Virus record (IMG/VR): IMGVR_UViG_3300027805_000008 | Coordinates: 27,330 to 91,329 of that record | Direction: 5' to 3' (one strand) | Origin: a virus | Length of the DNA stretch: 64,000 nt | Shown: positions 41,191 to 49,178 of the stretch, piece after piece | How the letters are laid out: every line of letters begins with the position of its first letter | Position numbering within the stretch: the first letter of the stretch is position 1 | Program-made: the position numbers and the translations under genes | Notes under the pieces: generated by a model | What the model saw: only the letters and a program-made list of their open reading frames with translations | What the model was told of the DNA's origin: nothing | The model's database searches: none

Positions 41191-41465
41191 TTTGTGCAAA
41201 TAAAGAATGCGCTAAAGACTTTGAGCCAAAGACTCACAATCAAAAATATTGTACTGACGAGTGCTGCCGCATTGCAACTAATAGAAGAATTATGGAAAAG
41301 TATTACGAAAAGAAAGCTATTAGAAATGGCGCTGCTCGTGGATGTAAAAAATGTGGAGCTCAATTAAGTAGATACAATGATACTGTTTTGTGCGCTTCAT
41401 GTCAAAAAAAGATTGATATAACAAAAAGAAATAAAATTGTAGGAATGCTAGATGAAATTAGCTGA
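41187..41465 (+). CDS. double zinc-finger protein
   Basis: CANKEC...YCTDEC; CKKC...CASC. Confidence 0.7.
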   Translation: MICANKECAKDFEPKTHNQKYCTDECCRIATNRRIMEKYYEKKAIRNGAARGCKKCGAQLSRYNDTVLCASCQKKIDITKRNKIVGMLDEIS

Positions 41466-42018
41466 ACTTATAAAAACTAAGGCGAACAGAGTTTTGGGTA
41501 TAGATGCGTCTACTAATTCAGTTGCATTCTGCTTAATGGAAAACGATCAGCCATTAAAGTGGGGCAAGATTGATTTTGTGGGAGCAGACATATATGAAAA
41601 GATATATGATGCCAAGGTAAAGATGCATGTAATGTTAAATGAATTAAAGTCTGATTATATTGCTGTAGAAGGAGCTATCCTTGTTAGATCACCAGATGCT
41701 GTGATAAAATTATCGTACGTCTACGGCGTTGTTATCGCCGAATTAATGTCTACTGGAGCTAAGGTTATTACAATTAGTCCAAGTTCTTGGCAGGCTTATA
41801 TAGGAAATAAAAATCCAACCAAAGATGAAAAGCAGGCAATTAGAATAAAGAATCCAGGATATGCGGACTCATGGTACAAGACGCAGTTACGCAATATGAG
41901 AAAACAAAGAACCGTAGATTACTTTAATAAGAAGTATAATTTACTGCTATCAGATTTTGACGTAGCAGATGCATTTGGCATTGCTCATTATGCTAATAAG
42001 GTGTTAACAGAACGATGA
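41452..42018 (+). CDS. ruvC: RuvC-like resolvase
   Basis: VLGIDAS, IAVE, DVADAFGIA. Confidence 0.8.
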   Translation: MKLAELIKTKANRVLGIDASTNSVAFCLMENDQPLKWGKIDFVGADIYEKIYDAKVKMHVMLNELKSDYIAVEGAILVRSPDAVIKLSYVYGVVIAELMSTGAKVITISPSSWQAYIGNKNPTKDEKQAIRIKNPGYADSWYKTQLRNMRKQRTVDYFNKKYNLLLSDFDVADAFGIAHYANKVLTER

Positions 42019-42161
42019 AATTATATCAAAGCAAAGATTGGCTATATAGAAGATATGTAGTTCAAAAGAAAACCGTTACAGAGATAGGCAAGGAGTGTGG
42101 TGTTTCTGCTATGACTATACAGAGATACCTGGAGCAGTTTGGACTAATTAAAAAAAGATGA
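42015..42161 (+). CDS. 48-aa HTH protein (not in ORF track)
   Basis: KDWLYRRYVVQKKTVTEIGKECGVSAMTIQRYLEQFGL; ATGA overlaps at both ends. Confidence 0.75.
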   Translation: MKLYQSKDWLYRRYVVQKKTVTEIGKECGVSAMTIQRYLEQFGLIKKR

Positions 42162-42718
42162 AAATTTATGAAGGTAGCAATAGTCAAGCTGGCCAGGAGT
42201 CATTTGTCCTTAATTCATTGAAAGAAAAAAGGCATGGATTTTATGTAGAAATAGGAGGCTATCACTCAAAGAATGATAGCAATACTTATTTACTAGAGAA
42301 ACAGTATGACTGGAAAGGTGTGGCTTTAGAGATAGATAAAGAAAGATCAGATGAGTATAATGCGAATAGATCTAATATATGTTTAAATGTTGATGCCACC
42401 ACCTTTGACTACCTTAAGTATTTTGAAGAAAATAATTTCCCAAATACAATAGATTACTTACAGGTTGACATTGAGCCCGCATTTCAGTCTTTAAAAGCTT
42501 TAGAGTCGATACCCCTTGACAAGTATAGGTTTTCTGTTATAACATTTGAACATGACCTTTATGCTGATTTAAATAATTTATTAATAAAGAAAAAAGCAAT
42601 GGAAATTTTGTTTAAGTTTGGATACACCCTTGCCGTAGAAAATGTAGAGGGTGATGAAAAAATTTTTGAAGACTGGTGGTTGGATTCAAATATAAGAAAC
42701 GGGGTAAGTAATGAGTAA
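42158..42718 (+). CDS. FkbM-family methyltransferase
   Basis: SQAGQE, YVEIG, SNTYLLE...WKG, IDYLQVDIE, ITFEHD, EDWW. Confidence 0.75.
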   Translation: MKIYEGSNSQAGQESFVLNSLKEKRHGFYVEIGGYHSKNDSNTYLLEKQYDWKGVALEIDKERSDEYNANRSNICLNVDATTFDYLKYFEENNFPNTIDYLQVDIEPAFQSLKALESIPLDKYRFSVITFEHDLYADLNNLLIKKKAMEILFKFGYTLAVENVEGDEKIFEDWWLDSNIRNGVSNE

Positions 42719-43262
42719 AGATGTTTGGCTAAATGCCACCATTGAAGATGCTGGAGATCTAATATTAACTGGCTATACTGGAGACTTTAAGGATATGCCA
42801 GTATATGAAGAAGTTATTTCATTAACTAAAAGTTTAGAAGGTCATAGTCAATATGCACTAGATTTTGGATGCGGTGTTGGAAGAAACACTATGTCCCTAG
42901 CTAAAGATTATAGAAAAGTTGTAGGATTTGATTTGCCAAGCATGATCTCATTAGTTCCAGATGATAACAAGTCAAACAATATATTGTATACGTCAGACTG
43001 GAGCACAGTTAAAAGCTTTAAATTTGACTTAGTCCTTGCTAGCCTAGTATTTCAACATATACATGACGATGAATTAAATGAGTATTTATCTGAATTAAAT
43101 ACTTCTAAATTGGTTTTGCATAGCCGAACTTGGATGGACGATACTGGAACAGAGGTCTTGACAATTGTTGAGAAATATTTTAATATAGAAACTATTGAGT
43201 ATGTAAGAGATCCTAATAATCCCATTGATGATCATTTTATTGCAGTTCTAAGGAAGCGCTAA
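42711..43262 (+). CDS. class I SAM-dependent methyltransferase
   Basis: LDFGCGVGRN, VGFD, FDLV...VFQHI. Confidence 0.85.
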   Translation: MSKDVWLNATIEDAGDLILTGYTGDFKDMPVYEEVISLTKSLEGHSQYALDFGCGVGRNTMSLAKDYRKVVGFDLPSMISLVPDDNKSNNILYTSDWSTVKSFKFDLVLASLVFQHIHDDELNEYLSELNTSKLVLHSRTWMDDTGTEVLTIVEKYFNIETIEYVRDPNNPIDDHFIAVLRKR

Positions 43263-43585
43263 TGTTAAGGCCAGTATTTGAAGATACTAATCAGTTTAAG
43301 TTTGAAGACTTATATCTATATGCAGTTGGTGCTCCAGCTGGAAATAAGATACTAAGCTCATGCTTAGAAATTGCCCATATGCTTATTGAGAAGAATATTT
43401 CATACGGAAACTCTGCCCTTGATCCAGCTAGAATATTTTCAACGGCGGACTCAACAGAACAATTAAAGGTTCGTATTGATGATAAATTAAACAGAGTAAA
43501 GAATAACCAAGGGTTCGCTGGAGATAATGATATAGACGACCTAATAGGATACTTAATTTTATACAAGATATCCAAATCCAGTTGA
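43262..43585 (+). CDS. DUF1599/nucleotide-modification-associated (Nmad1-like) protein
   Basis: KNISYGNS...RIDDKLNR...DLIGYLIL. Confidence 0.7.
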   Translation: MLRPVFEDTNQFKFEDLYLYAVGAPAGNKILSSCLEIAHMLIEKNISYGNSALDPARIFSTADSTEQLKVRIDDKLNRVKNNQGFAGDNDIDDLIGYLILYKISKSS

Positions 43586-43617
43586 TTTTTTAGTCGACTA
43601 AGAGTATACTCTAATAT

Positions 43618-44160
43618 ATGTCTGAAATTGAATTAGCTGATCATTTTGATCGCATGAATATAGTAGTCTCAGAACTACTAAAGGGAAATAACCCAACCCA
43701 AATTGCCACCCTAACAGGCTTCAAGAGAGCCGAAGTGGTTGAGTTGATAGATGAGTGGAAGAGTGTGGTCCACAACGATACAGCGGCCCGTGACAGGGCT
43801 AAAGAGGCTATCTCTGGAGCTGATCAACACTATGCAATGCTTATTAAAGAGGCATGGAAAACAGTTGAAGATGCAGATCAGGCGGGACAACTAAGCGTTA
43901 AATCAGGAGCGCTAAAACTAATTGCCGATATTGAGGGTAAAAGAATTGGTATGTTGCAGGAAGTTGGCCTATTAGATAATGCAGAGCTGGCAGATCAAAT
44001 TGCTGAGACTGAGCGCAAGCAGGATATCTTGGTTAAGATATTAAAAGAAGTAACAGCTTCCTGTTCTAAATGTAAAATGGATGTTGCAAAAAGACTTTCT
44101 CAAATTACTGGAATAGTTGAGCCAGTAGTATTAAGCGAAGAAGAGGCTAATGTACTGTGA
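43618..44160 (+). CDS. HTH protein, probable terminase small subunit
   Basis: N-terminal HTH (GNNPTQIATLTGFKRAEV) plus helical oligomerisation region; upstream of TerL; leaderless promoter TTGATT-17-TATACT (43582-43610). Confidence 0.6.
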   Translation: MSEIELADHFDRMNIVVSELLKGNNPTQIATLTGFKRAEVVELIDEWKSVVHNDTAARDRAKEAISGADQHYAMLIKEAWKTVEDADQAGQLSVKSGALKLIADIEGKRIGMLQEVGLLDNAELADQIAETERKQDILVKILKEVTASCSKCKMDVAKRLSQITGIVEPVVLSEEEANVL

Positions 44161-44305
44161 TCATGTTTATAAGGAAATGGATACAGATTTGTGTCCAGAA
44201 TGTGCCATGCCTACGCATAGAATTGATTGGAAAGAAGTAGCACGATCACATAAAGAGTGGATTGATAGTGGTAAGGCAACTACTCAAGGATGGTGGTCAA
44301 TATAA
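44150..44305 (+). CDS. 51-aa Cys/His microprotein
   Basis: MYCDH...LCPEC; GAGG SD; TAATG coupling to TerL. Confidence 0.6.
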   Translation: MYCDHVYKEMDTDLCPECAMPTHRIDWKEVARSHKEWIDSGKATTQGWWSI

Positions 44306-46095
44306 TGGAACTTAACTTTAATGATTTAATTGACATTCTAGACGGAGAAGAGTTTGATGAGCGCCCAGTAGATCTACGCACATTTGTAACTAGTCCAGAT
44401 TACCTAGGCCTACCGCCACTTTCTGAATACCAATATATATTAATTGAAAAATCTTCTCAGGTGTATAAAGAATCTACTTTGATAAAACTATTTGGCGAAG
44501 ATGAAGGCCGAAGAATGTTTAAGCAAACTGCTAACGAAGTGGTTGCTCAGCTAGGAAAGGGTTCTGGTAAAGATTATTGTTCTACTATATCAGTAGCCTA
44601 TATAGTATATTTACTATTGTGTTTAAAAGATCCAGCTCAATATTATGGAAAGCCTCCTGGAGACTCTATTGATATAATTAATATTGCTATTAACGCACAG
44701 CAGGCAAATAACGTTTTCTTTAAGGGATTCAGGACACGTATAGATAGGTCTCCCTGGTTTATTGGGAAATATACTGAAAAAGCTTCTGAAATAAAGTTTA
44801 ATAAAAATATAACAGTACACTCAGGGCACTCGGAGCGAGAGGCCTGGGAAGGATATAACGTTATCGTAATCATCCTTGACGAAATCTCAGGATTTGCTAC
44901 AGAGAATACAACTGGTCACGAACAGGCTAAAACTGGTAGTGCTATATATGAGATGTATCGTGCCTCTGTTGATTCACGTTTTCCAGATTATGGAAAAGTT
45001 ATTCTGCTTTCATTTCCAAGATATAAAAACGATTATATTCAACAAAGATATGAAGATGTTGTTGCAGAAAAAGAAATAGTTATTAGAACGCATCATTTCA
45101 AGTTAGACGATTCTTTGCCAGACGGAACAGAAGGCAATGAATTTGATATTGAGTGGGAAGAAGATCATATCCTATCTTACAAATACCCTAGAATGTATGC
45201 ATTAAAAAGACCAACGTGGGAGATTAATCCAACTAGAAGCATTGATGATTTTAAAGTAGCCTTTTATAAAAATGCTCCAGACGCACTAGGAAGATTCGCC
45301 TGCATGCCATCAGAGGCAATAGATGCATTTTTTAAGTCTAGAGAAAAAATTGAAAAGTCTTTTAGCAATATGGCTTCAGCCGTAGATGAGTTTGGTAGGT
45401 TCGAGCCTTGGTTTGCACCAGACCCAGATAAAGAATATTTTATACACGTTGACCTAGCTCAAAAACACGATCATTGTGCAGTTGCAATGGCTCACGTACA
45501 AAAATGGGTAAATGTAAAAGTAACAGACACATACTCTCAGCCAGCACCCATTGTTGAAGTTGATGCAGTTAGATATTGGACTCCAACTCCAGATAAATCA
45601 GTAGATTTTACAGAAGTAAAAGATTATATACTATCTCTAAGGACAAAGGGGTTTAAGGTTAGGGTCTGCACCTTTGACAGATGGAATTCTCATGATATGA
45701 TGCAGCAATTAAAACAGTATGGAATTAATACTGAAACTTTATCTGTTGCTAAGAAGCATTACGACGATATGGCAATGGTTGTTGCTGAAGATAGGCTTAC
45801 TGGACCACATATTCAATTATTAATTGACGAATTATTGCAGTTAAAAATTATGAGAGATAGGGTTGACCACCCAAGAAAGGGATCTAAGGACTTAGCAGAC
45901 GCCGTCTGTGGATCTATATTTAATGCTATTAGTAGAAGTAGGCCACAAAATAATGAAGAGATAGATATTCACACCTATACATCTTTAAAGTGGGATAGAG
46001 AAGAAGACGAAGATACAATTGTTACAAACATGATAAGGCCACCAAGAATGCCAAAGGATTTATCAGATGTATTAGACGGAATGGAAATAGTATGA
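44305..46095 (+). CDS. terminase large subunit
   Basis: Walker A GKGSGKD, Walker B IILDE, RNase H-like HVDLA, FDRWNS, DHP..GSKDLADA. Confidence 0.9.
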   Translation: MELNFNDLIDILDGEEFDERPVDLRTFVTSPDYLGLPPLSEYQYILIEKSSQVYKESTLIKLFGEDEGRRMFKQTANEVVAQLGKGSGKDYCSTISVAYIVYLLLCLKDPAQYYGKPPGDSIDIINIAINAQQANNVFFKGFRTRIDRSPWFIGKYTEKASEIKFNKNITVHSGHSEREAWEGYNVIVIILDEISGFATENTTGHEQAKTGSAIYEMYRASVDSRFPDYGKVILLSFPRYKNDYIQQRYEDVVAEKEIVIRTHHFKLDDSLPDGTEGNEFDIEWEEDHILSYKYPRMYALKRPTWEINPTRSIDDFKVAFYKNAPDALGRFACMPSEAIDAFFKSREKIEKSFSNMASAVDEFGRFEPWFAPDPDKEYFIHVDLAQKHDHCAVAMAHVQKWVNVKVTDTYSQPAPIVEVDAVRYWTPTPDKSVDFTEVKDYILSLRTKGFKVRVCTFDRWNSHDMMQQLKQYGINTETLSVAKKHYDDMAMVVAEDRLTGPHIQLLIDELLQLKIMRDRVDHPRKGSKDLADAVCGSIFNAISRSRPQNNEEIDIHTYTSLKWDREEDEDTIVTNMIRPPRMPKDLSDVLDGMEIV

Positions 46096-46343
46096 GTATA
46101 TACCAAGAAAAAGCTAAAGAGTGTAAATGTTGTGGAAAACATGTGCCATTACCAACAGTATTAAAAGAATATAATGGAGTATCAGTATGCCCAACTACAT
46201 TTGCTAATGTTATAGAATATAAAAGAATGTGGAAGTCTTTGGGGAAAAGGCCTTCTGGAAGTATAAGAAAGCATTTCTCTGATTATGTACAACAGTTAGT
46301 AGAAGAAACCATTGACAAAAATGAAGATGGCACGTTACAATAG
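46092..46343 (+). CDS. hypothetical Cys-containing protein
   Basis: CKCCG...CPT; ATGA overlap. Confidence 0.6.
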   Translation: MSIYQEKAKECKCCGKHVPLPTVLKEYNGVSVCPTTFANVIEYKRMWKSLGKRPSGSIRKHFSDYVQQLVEETIDKNEDGTLQ

Positions 46344-46350
46344 ACACTTG

Positions 46351-46424
46351 GCACCAGTAGCCAAGTTGGTCAAGGCCCCGAACTCATAATTCGGCTATCG
46401 TAGGTTCAAGTCCTACCTGGTGTA
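46351..46424 (+). tRNA. tRNA with CAT anticodon (Ile2 or elongator Met); CCA not encoded
   Basis: Acceptor GCACCAG/CTGGTGT+A; anticodon arm CCGAA-CTCATAA-TTCGG; T arm GTAGG-TTCAAGT-CCTAC; promoter TTGACA-18-TACAAT at 46312-46341. Confidence 0.92.
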
Positions 46425-46437
46425 CTAAGGAGACATT

Positions 46438-46761
46438 ATGAATGAAAATGAATATGACGACAGCGATTCAAGATTGGCATACTATTTAGAAATAGGCGCT
46501 GTATCCCTTGAGGGTATGGACGAAAACGGCGAGATGATATTTTCTATAAGCGAAACAGCAAAGGATATAGCTCCAGAACTTTGGGAGTCTCATATAGAAT
46601 ATGTTGATAAGTCTCTTATGGAATTGTATGAAGCAGGGCTAGTGGAAGTCGAGTACGATGAAAATCTAGAGGCGACATTACACTTAAGTCCAGAAGGACA
46701 GAAGTTAGCTAAAGAAAAAGGCTTGATCGAATTAGACATGCCAGATATTCCAAACGATTAA
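46438..46761 (+). CDS. acidic hypothetical protein (winged-helix-like)
   Basis: LMELYEAGLVEV...LSPEG; AAGGAG SD. Confidence 0.65.
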   Translation: MNENEYDDSDSRLAYYLEIGAVSLEGMDENGEMIFSISETAKDIAPELWESHIEYVDKSLMELYEAGLVEVEYDENLEATLHLSPEGQKLAKEKGLIELDMPDIPND

Positions 46762-46780
46762 TCTCTTAGTGTCGTATAGT

Positions 46781-46846
46781 GTTAGCCTACATTTAACCCA
46801 GAGTTTCCATTAAACTTTGTAATTATGTATTTTTAAAAGATATACT
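46781..46846 (+). promoter_or_regulatory. pstS promoter with three 11-bp PHO-box-like units
   Basis: GTTAGCCTACA/TTTAACCCAGA/GTTTCCATTAA then TTGTAA-18-TATACT. Confidence 0.45.
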
Positions 46847-46855
46847 ATTAATACT

Positions 46856-47893
46856 ATGAGAAATAAATCTATAGTCATAACGCTAGCATTGGTTGCTAGT
46901 ATCTTTACATCACATCCCGCCACCGCATCAGAAGATGTAGTTGGATCGGGATCATCATTTATATCAAATTACCTTGACGCATGCAGAATTAGTTATGCCA
47001 AGGCAACTGGAAACACCATAACCTATTCTTCATTAGGATCTGGTGCTGGTAGATCACAATTAAACAATAAGATCATCGACTTTGCTGGAACAGATACTCC
47101 ATATAATCCAGGAGAACTAAAGCCATCTGGTATAGTCTACGTTCCTTTTATTGCTGGCCCCATTGGAGTCATCTATAGACTTGATGGATATTCAAAGCCT
47201 ATACAGCTTAAAAAGGAAACGTTGGCAAATATTTTTGCAGGTAAGATTACAAAATGGAATCATAAGTCTATTATTTCAGATAACACAATTAAGGGAGTCA
47301 AGCCAAAGATTCCAGCAACAGCTATTCGAATTGCTTATCGTGCAGACGGATCTGGGACAAGCCAGATATTCACAGAGTATTTAAATGCAGTAGCTCCAAC
47401 AATTTGGACTAAGGCAGGCAATAAAGACTTTAAGAGCGCTTACCCTGGAACGTTGTCTTTTAGCTCTCAGGCAGGTTCAGGATCTCATGGAGTCGTAATG
47501 ATAGCCCGCCAAATGAATGGCGTAATAACATACGCAGAGTCCTCATTTGCTGGCGGATTAAAACTTGCCCTAATTGAAAATGGTGCTGGTAAATTTACTG
47601 CTCCTACTTCAAAAGCAGCATCTCAATTCCTTAGTGATTTTGAGCCATTGGCTAACGGACTCATAAAAGCAAACTATAACAATAAAAACCCTTTATCGTA
47701 TAACGTATCGGCATTCAGTTATATCGTTGCATTTAAGGAAAGCACACCGAAAAACGATGCAGTAAAAGAGTTCTTGTCTTTTGCTGTAACCAAGTGCAAT
47801 AAAGAGGCCGTGGCCACTGGGTATTCCCCATTAGTTGGCCCAGTTTTAGCTATTGCTAAGTCTAAAATAGCTGAAGTTTCCTCTGGCGAATAA
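46856..47893 (+). CDS. pstS: phosphate ABC transporter substrate-binding protein
   Basis: Signal peptide; GSGSS, GSGAG, DFAGTD, IFAGKITKWN, RADGSGTS..FT.YL. Confidence 0.93.
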   Translation: MRNKSIVITLALVASIFTSHPATASEDVVGSGSSFISNYLDACRISYAKATGNTITYSSLGSGAGRSQLNNKIIDFAGTDTPYNPGELKPSGIVYVPFIAGPIGVIYRLDGYSKPIQLKKETLANIFAGKITKWNHKSIISDNTIKGVKPKIPATAIRIAYRADGSGTSQIFTEYLNAVAPTIWTKAGNKDFKSAYPGTLSFSSQAGSGSHGVVMIARQMNGVITYAESSFAGGLKLALIENGAGKFTAPTSKAASQFLSDFEPLANGLIKANYNNKNPLSYNVSAFSYIVAFKESTPKNDAVKEFLSFAVTKCNKEAVATGYSPLVGPVLAIAKSKIAEVSSGE

Positions 47894-47912
47894 ATAAAAT
47901 ATTTGATATAAT

Positions 47913-47977
47913 AATATACGGGTCGTCCAATAGGAGGCCCGTATATTAACTTATTCGCTTAAAGGAGGAATAAAATG
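47913..47977 (+). ncRNA. ROSE-like RNA thermometer in hsp20 5' UTR
   Basis: 5' hairpin plus second hairpin TTATTC-G-CTT/AAAG/GAG-GAATAA with the UCGCU motif pairing the SD. Confidence 0.65.
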
Positions 47978-48400
47978 GTAACATCATACACATTGGATCT
48001 TTTTAAGGATCCATTTTTTATTGGCTTTAATCGTGAACTAGATAGACTTACAAAAGTTCACAGCCACGCATCACACTCAACATACCCACCTTATAACGTA
48101 ATCAAAACAGACGACGAAGATACATTTTTAATCGAAGTTGCTGTGGCGGGTTTTGCAAAAGAAGACATTGAAATCACTGTAAAGGATCAGACTCTTACCG
48201 TAAAGGGAGAGCTTAAGGATATTACAGAAGATGCAAAATTCGTGCATAAGGGTATTGCAACTCGTAAATTCACAAGAGAATTTGCTCTTGGAGAATATAT
48301 TGAGGTTACTGGTGCAAAGGTTGAAAATGGTATGCTAACTATTAATTTAGAGCGTGTCGTTCCTGAAGAGGAAAAGCCAAAGACCATCAAAATCAAGTAA
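47975..48400 (+). CDS. small heat-shock protein (IbpA-like Hsp20)
   Basis: YPPYNV, IEVAVAGF, HKGIATRKF.R.F.L, NGMLTI.L..VVPEEEKPKTI.I. Confidence 0.95.
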   Translation: MVTSYTLDLFKDPFFIGFNRELDRLTKVHSHASHSTYPPYNVIKTDDEDTFLIEVAVAGFAKEDIEITVKDQTLTVKGELKDITEDAKFVHKGIATRKFTREFALGEYIEVTGAKVENGMLTINLERVVPEEEKPKTIKIK

Positions 48401-48410
48401 TAGTATAATA

Positions 48411-48498
48411 GTAGTCTGCACCCCGTCACTGGGGAGTCGCAGACTATATGCGGGCCGCTACCCGCAGGATCCACCTGAGCATTGTGGCTAAACTGCTC
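48411..48498 (+). ncRNA. candidate structured RNA: two hairpins plus H-type pseudoknot
   Basis: 60% GC island (53/88); TAGTCTGC/GCAGACTA, TGCGGG/CCCGCA, crossing CCAC/GTGG and GAGCA/TGCTC; TATAAT at 48404. Confidence 0.6.
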
Positions 48499-48518
48499 TT
48501 TAAAATTTAAGGAGAATT

Positions 48519-48926
48519 ATGTTTGAATATAGAGTTAAGCAGGTTACAAAAATAGTGGACGGAGATACTATTGATGTTGACATTGACCTTGGATTCAGCA
48601 TTTCATATTCTCAAAGACTAAGACTTGCTGGAATAGATACACCAGAATCTAGAACAACAGACAAGCTTGAAAAAACATTGGGGCTAGAATCAAAAGAATA
48701 TCTTAAGTCTAAGTTTAAAGAATCTAAAGATATTGTAGTAAAGACAGAGAAACCAGATAGTTCTGAAAAGTACGGACGTATACTTGGCTGGGTTTATCTT
48801 GACGGAAACACTAAATCTGTTAATGAACAAATGATTGAAGATGGTTATGCGTGGGGATACATGGGAGAAACTAAGGTCAAAGATTTTGTTGCCTTAGCCG
48901 AAAAGAGAAAACAGAGCGGTAAATAA
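48519..48926 (+). CDS. thermonuclease (SNase-like)
   Basis: VDGDTI, RLAGIDTPE, KYGRILG, N..MI..GYA. Confidence 0.9.
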   Translation: MFEYRVKQVTKIVDGDTIDVDIDLGFSISYSQRLRLAGIDTPESRTTDKLEKTLGLESKEYLKSKFKESKDIVVKTEKPDSSEKYGRILGWVYLDGNTKSVNEQMIEDGYAWGYMGETKVKDFVALAEKRKQSGK

Positions 48927-49111
48927 TGCCTATTTATGAATACAAATGCGAGTGTTCGCCAGAAGAGATTGTCTCTAAAGAAAGATCTATAACTTCTGTT
49001 GAACCAAACTATATATGCAATGAATGTGGTAAAAGATTACAAAGGCACTATGGTTCATTTGGTATTAAGTTCAACGGTTCTGGCTTTTATAAAACAGACA
49101 ATCCTAAGTAG
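48926..49111 (+). CDS. FmdB-family zinc-ribbon protein
   Basis: MPIYEYKC...CNECG...FNGSGFYKTD. Confidence 0.85.
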   Translation: MPIYEYKCECSPEEIVSKERSITSVEPNYICNECGKRLQRHYGSFGIKFNGSGFYKTDNPK

Positions 49112-49178
49112 TTTAAATTAACATTCTGATATAATATCTAAGTAAGCAAAGATCTTGCATTACTTAGGAGATACCTAG

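Noticed and set aside
31177-46095. Inteins or introns in DnaB, DnaE, RecA or TerL
   Set aside because: Normal lengths, continuous motifs, no splice-junction or LAGLIDADG signatures
48471-48498. HDV/theta-like ribozyme (GGCTAA before a closing stem)
   Set aside because: No room for P3/L3 and P1.1; only a simple H-type pseudoknot fits
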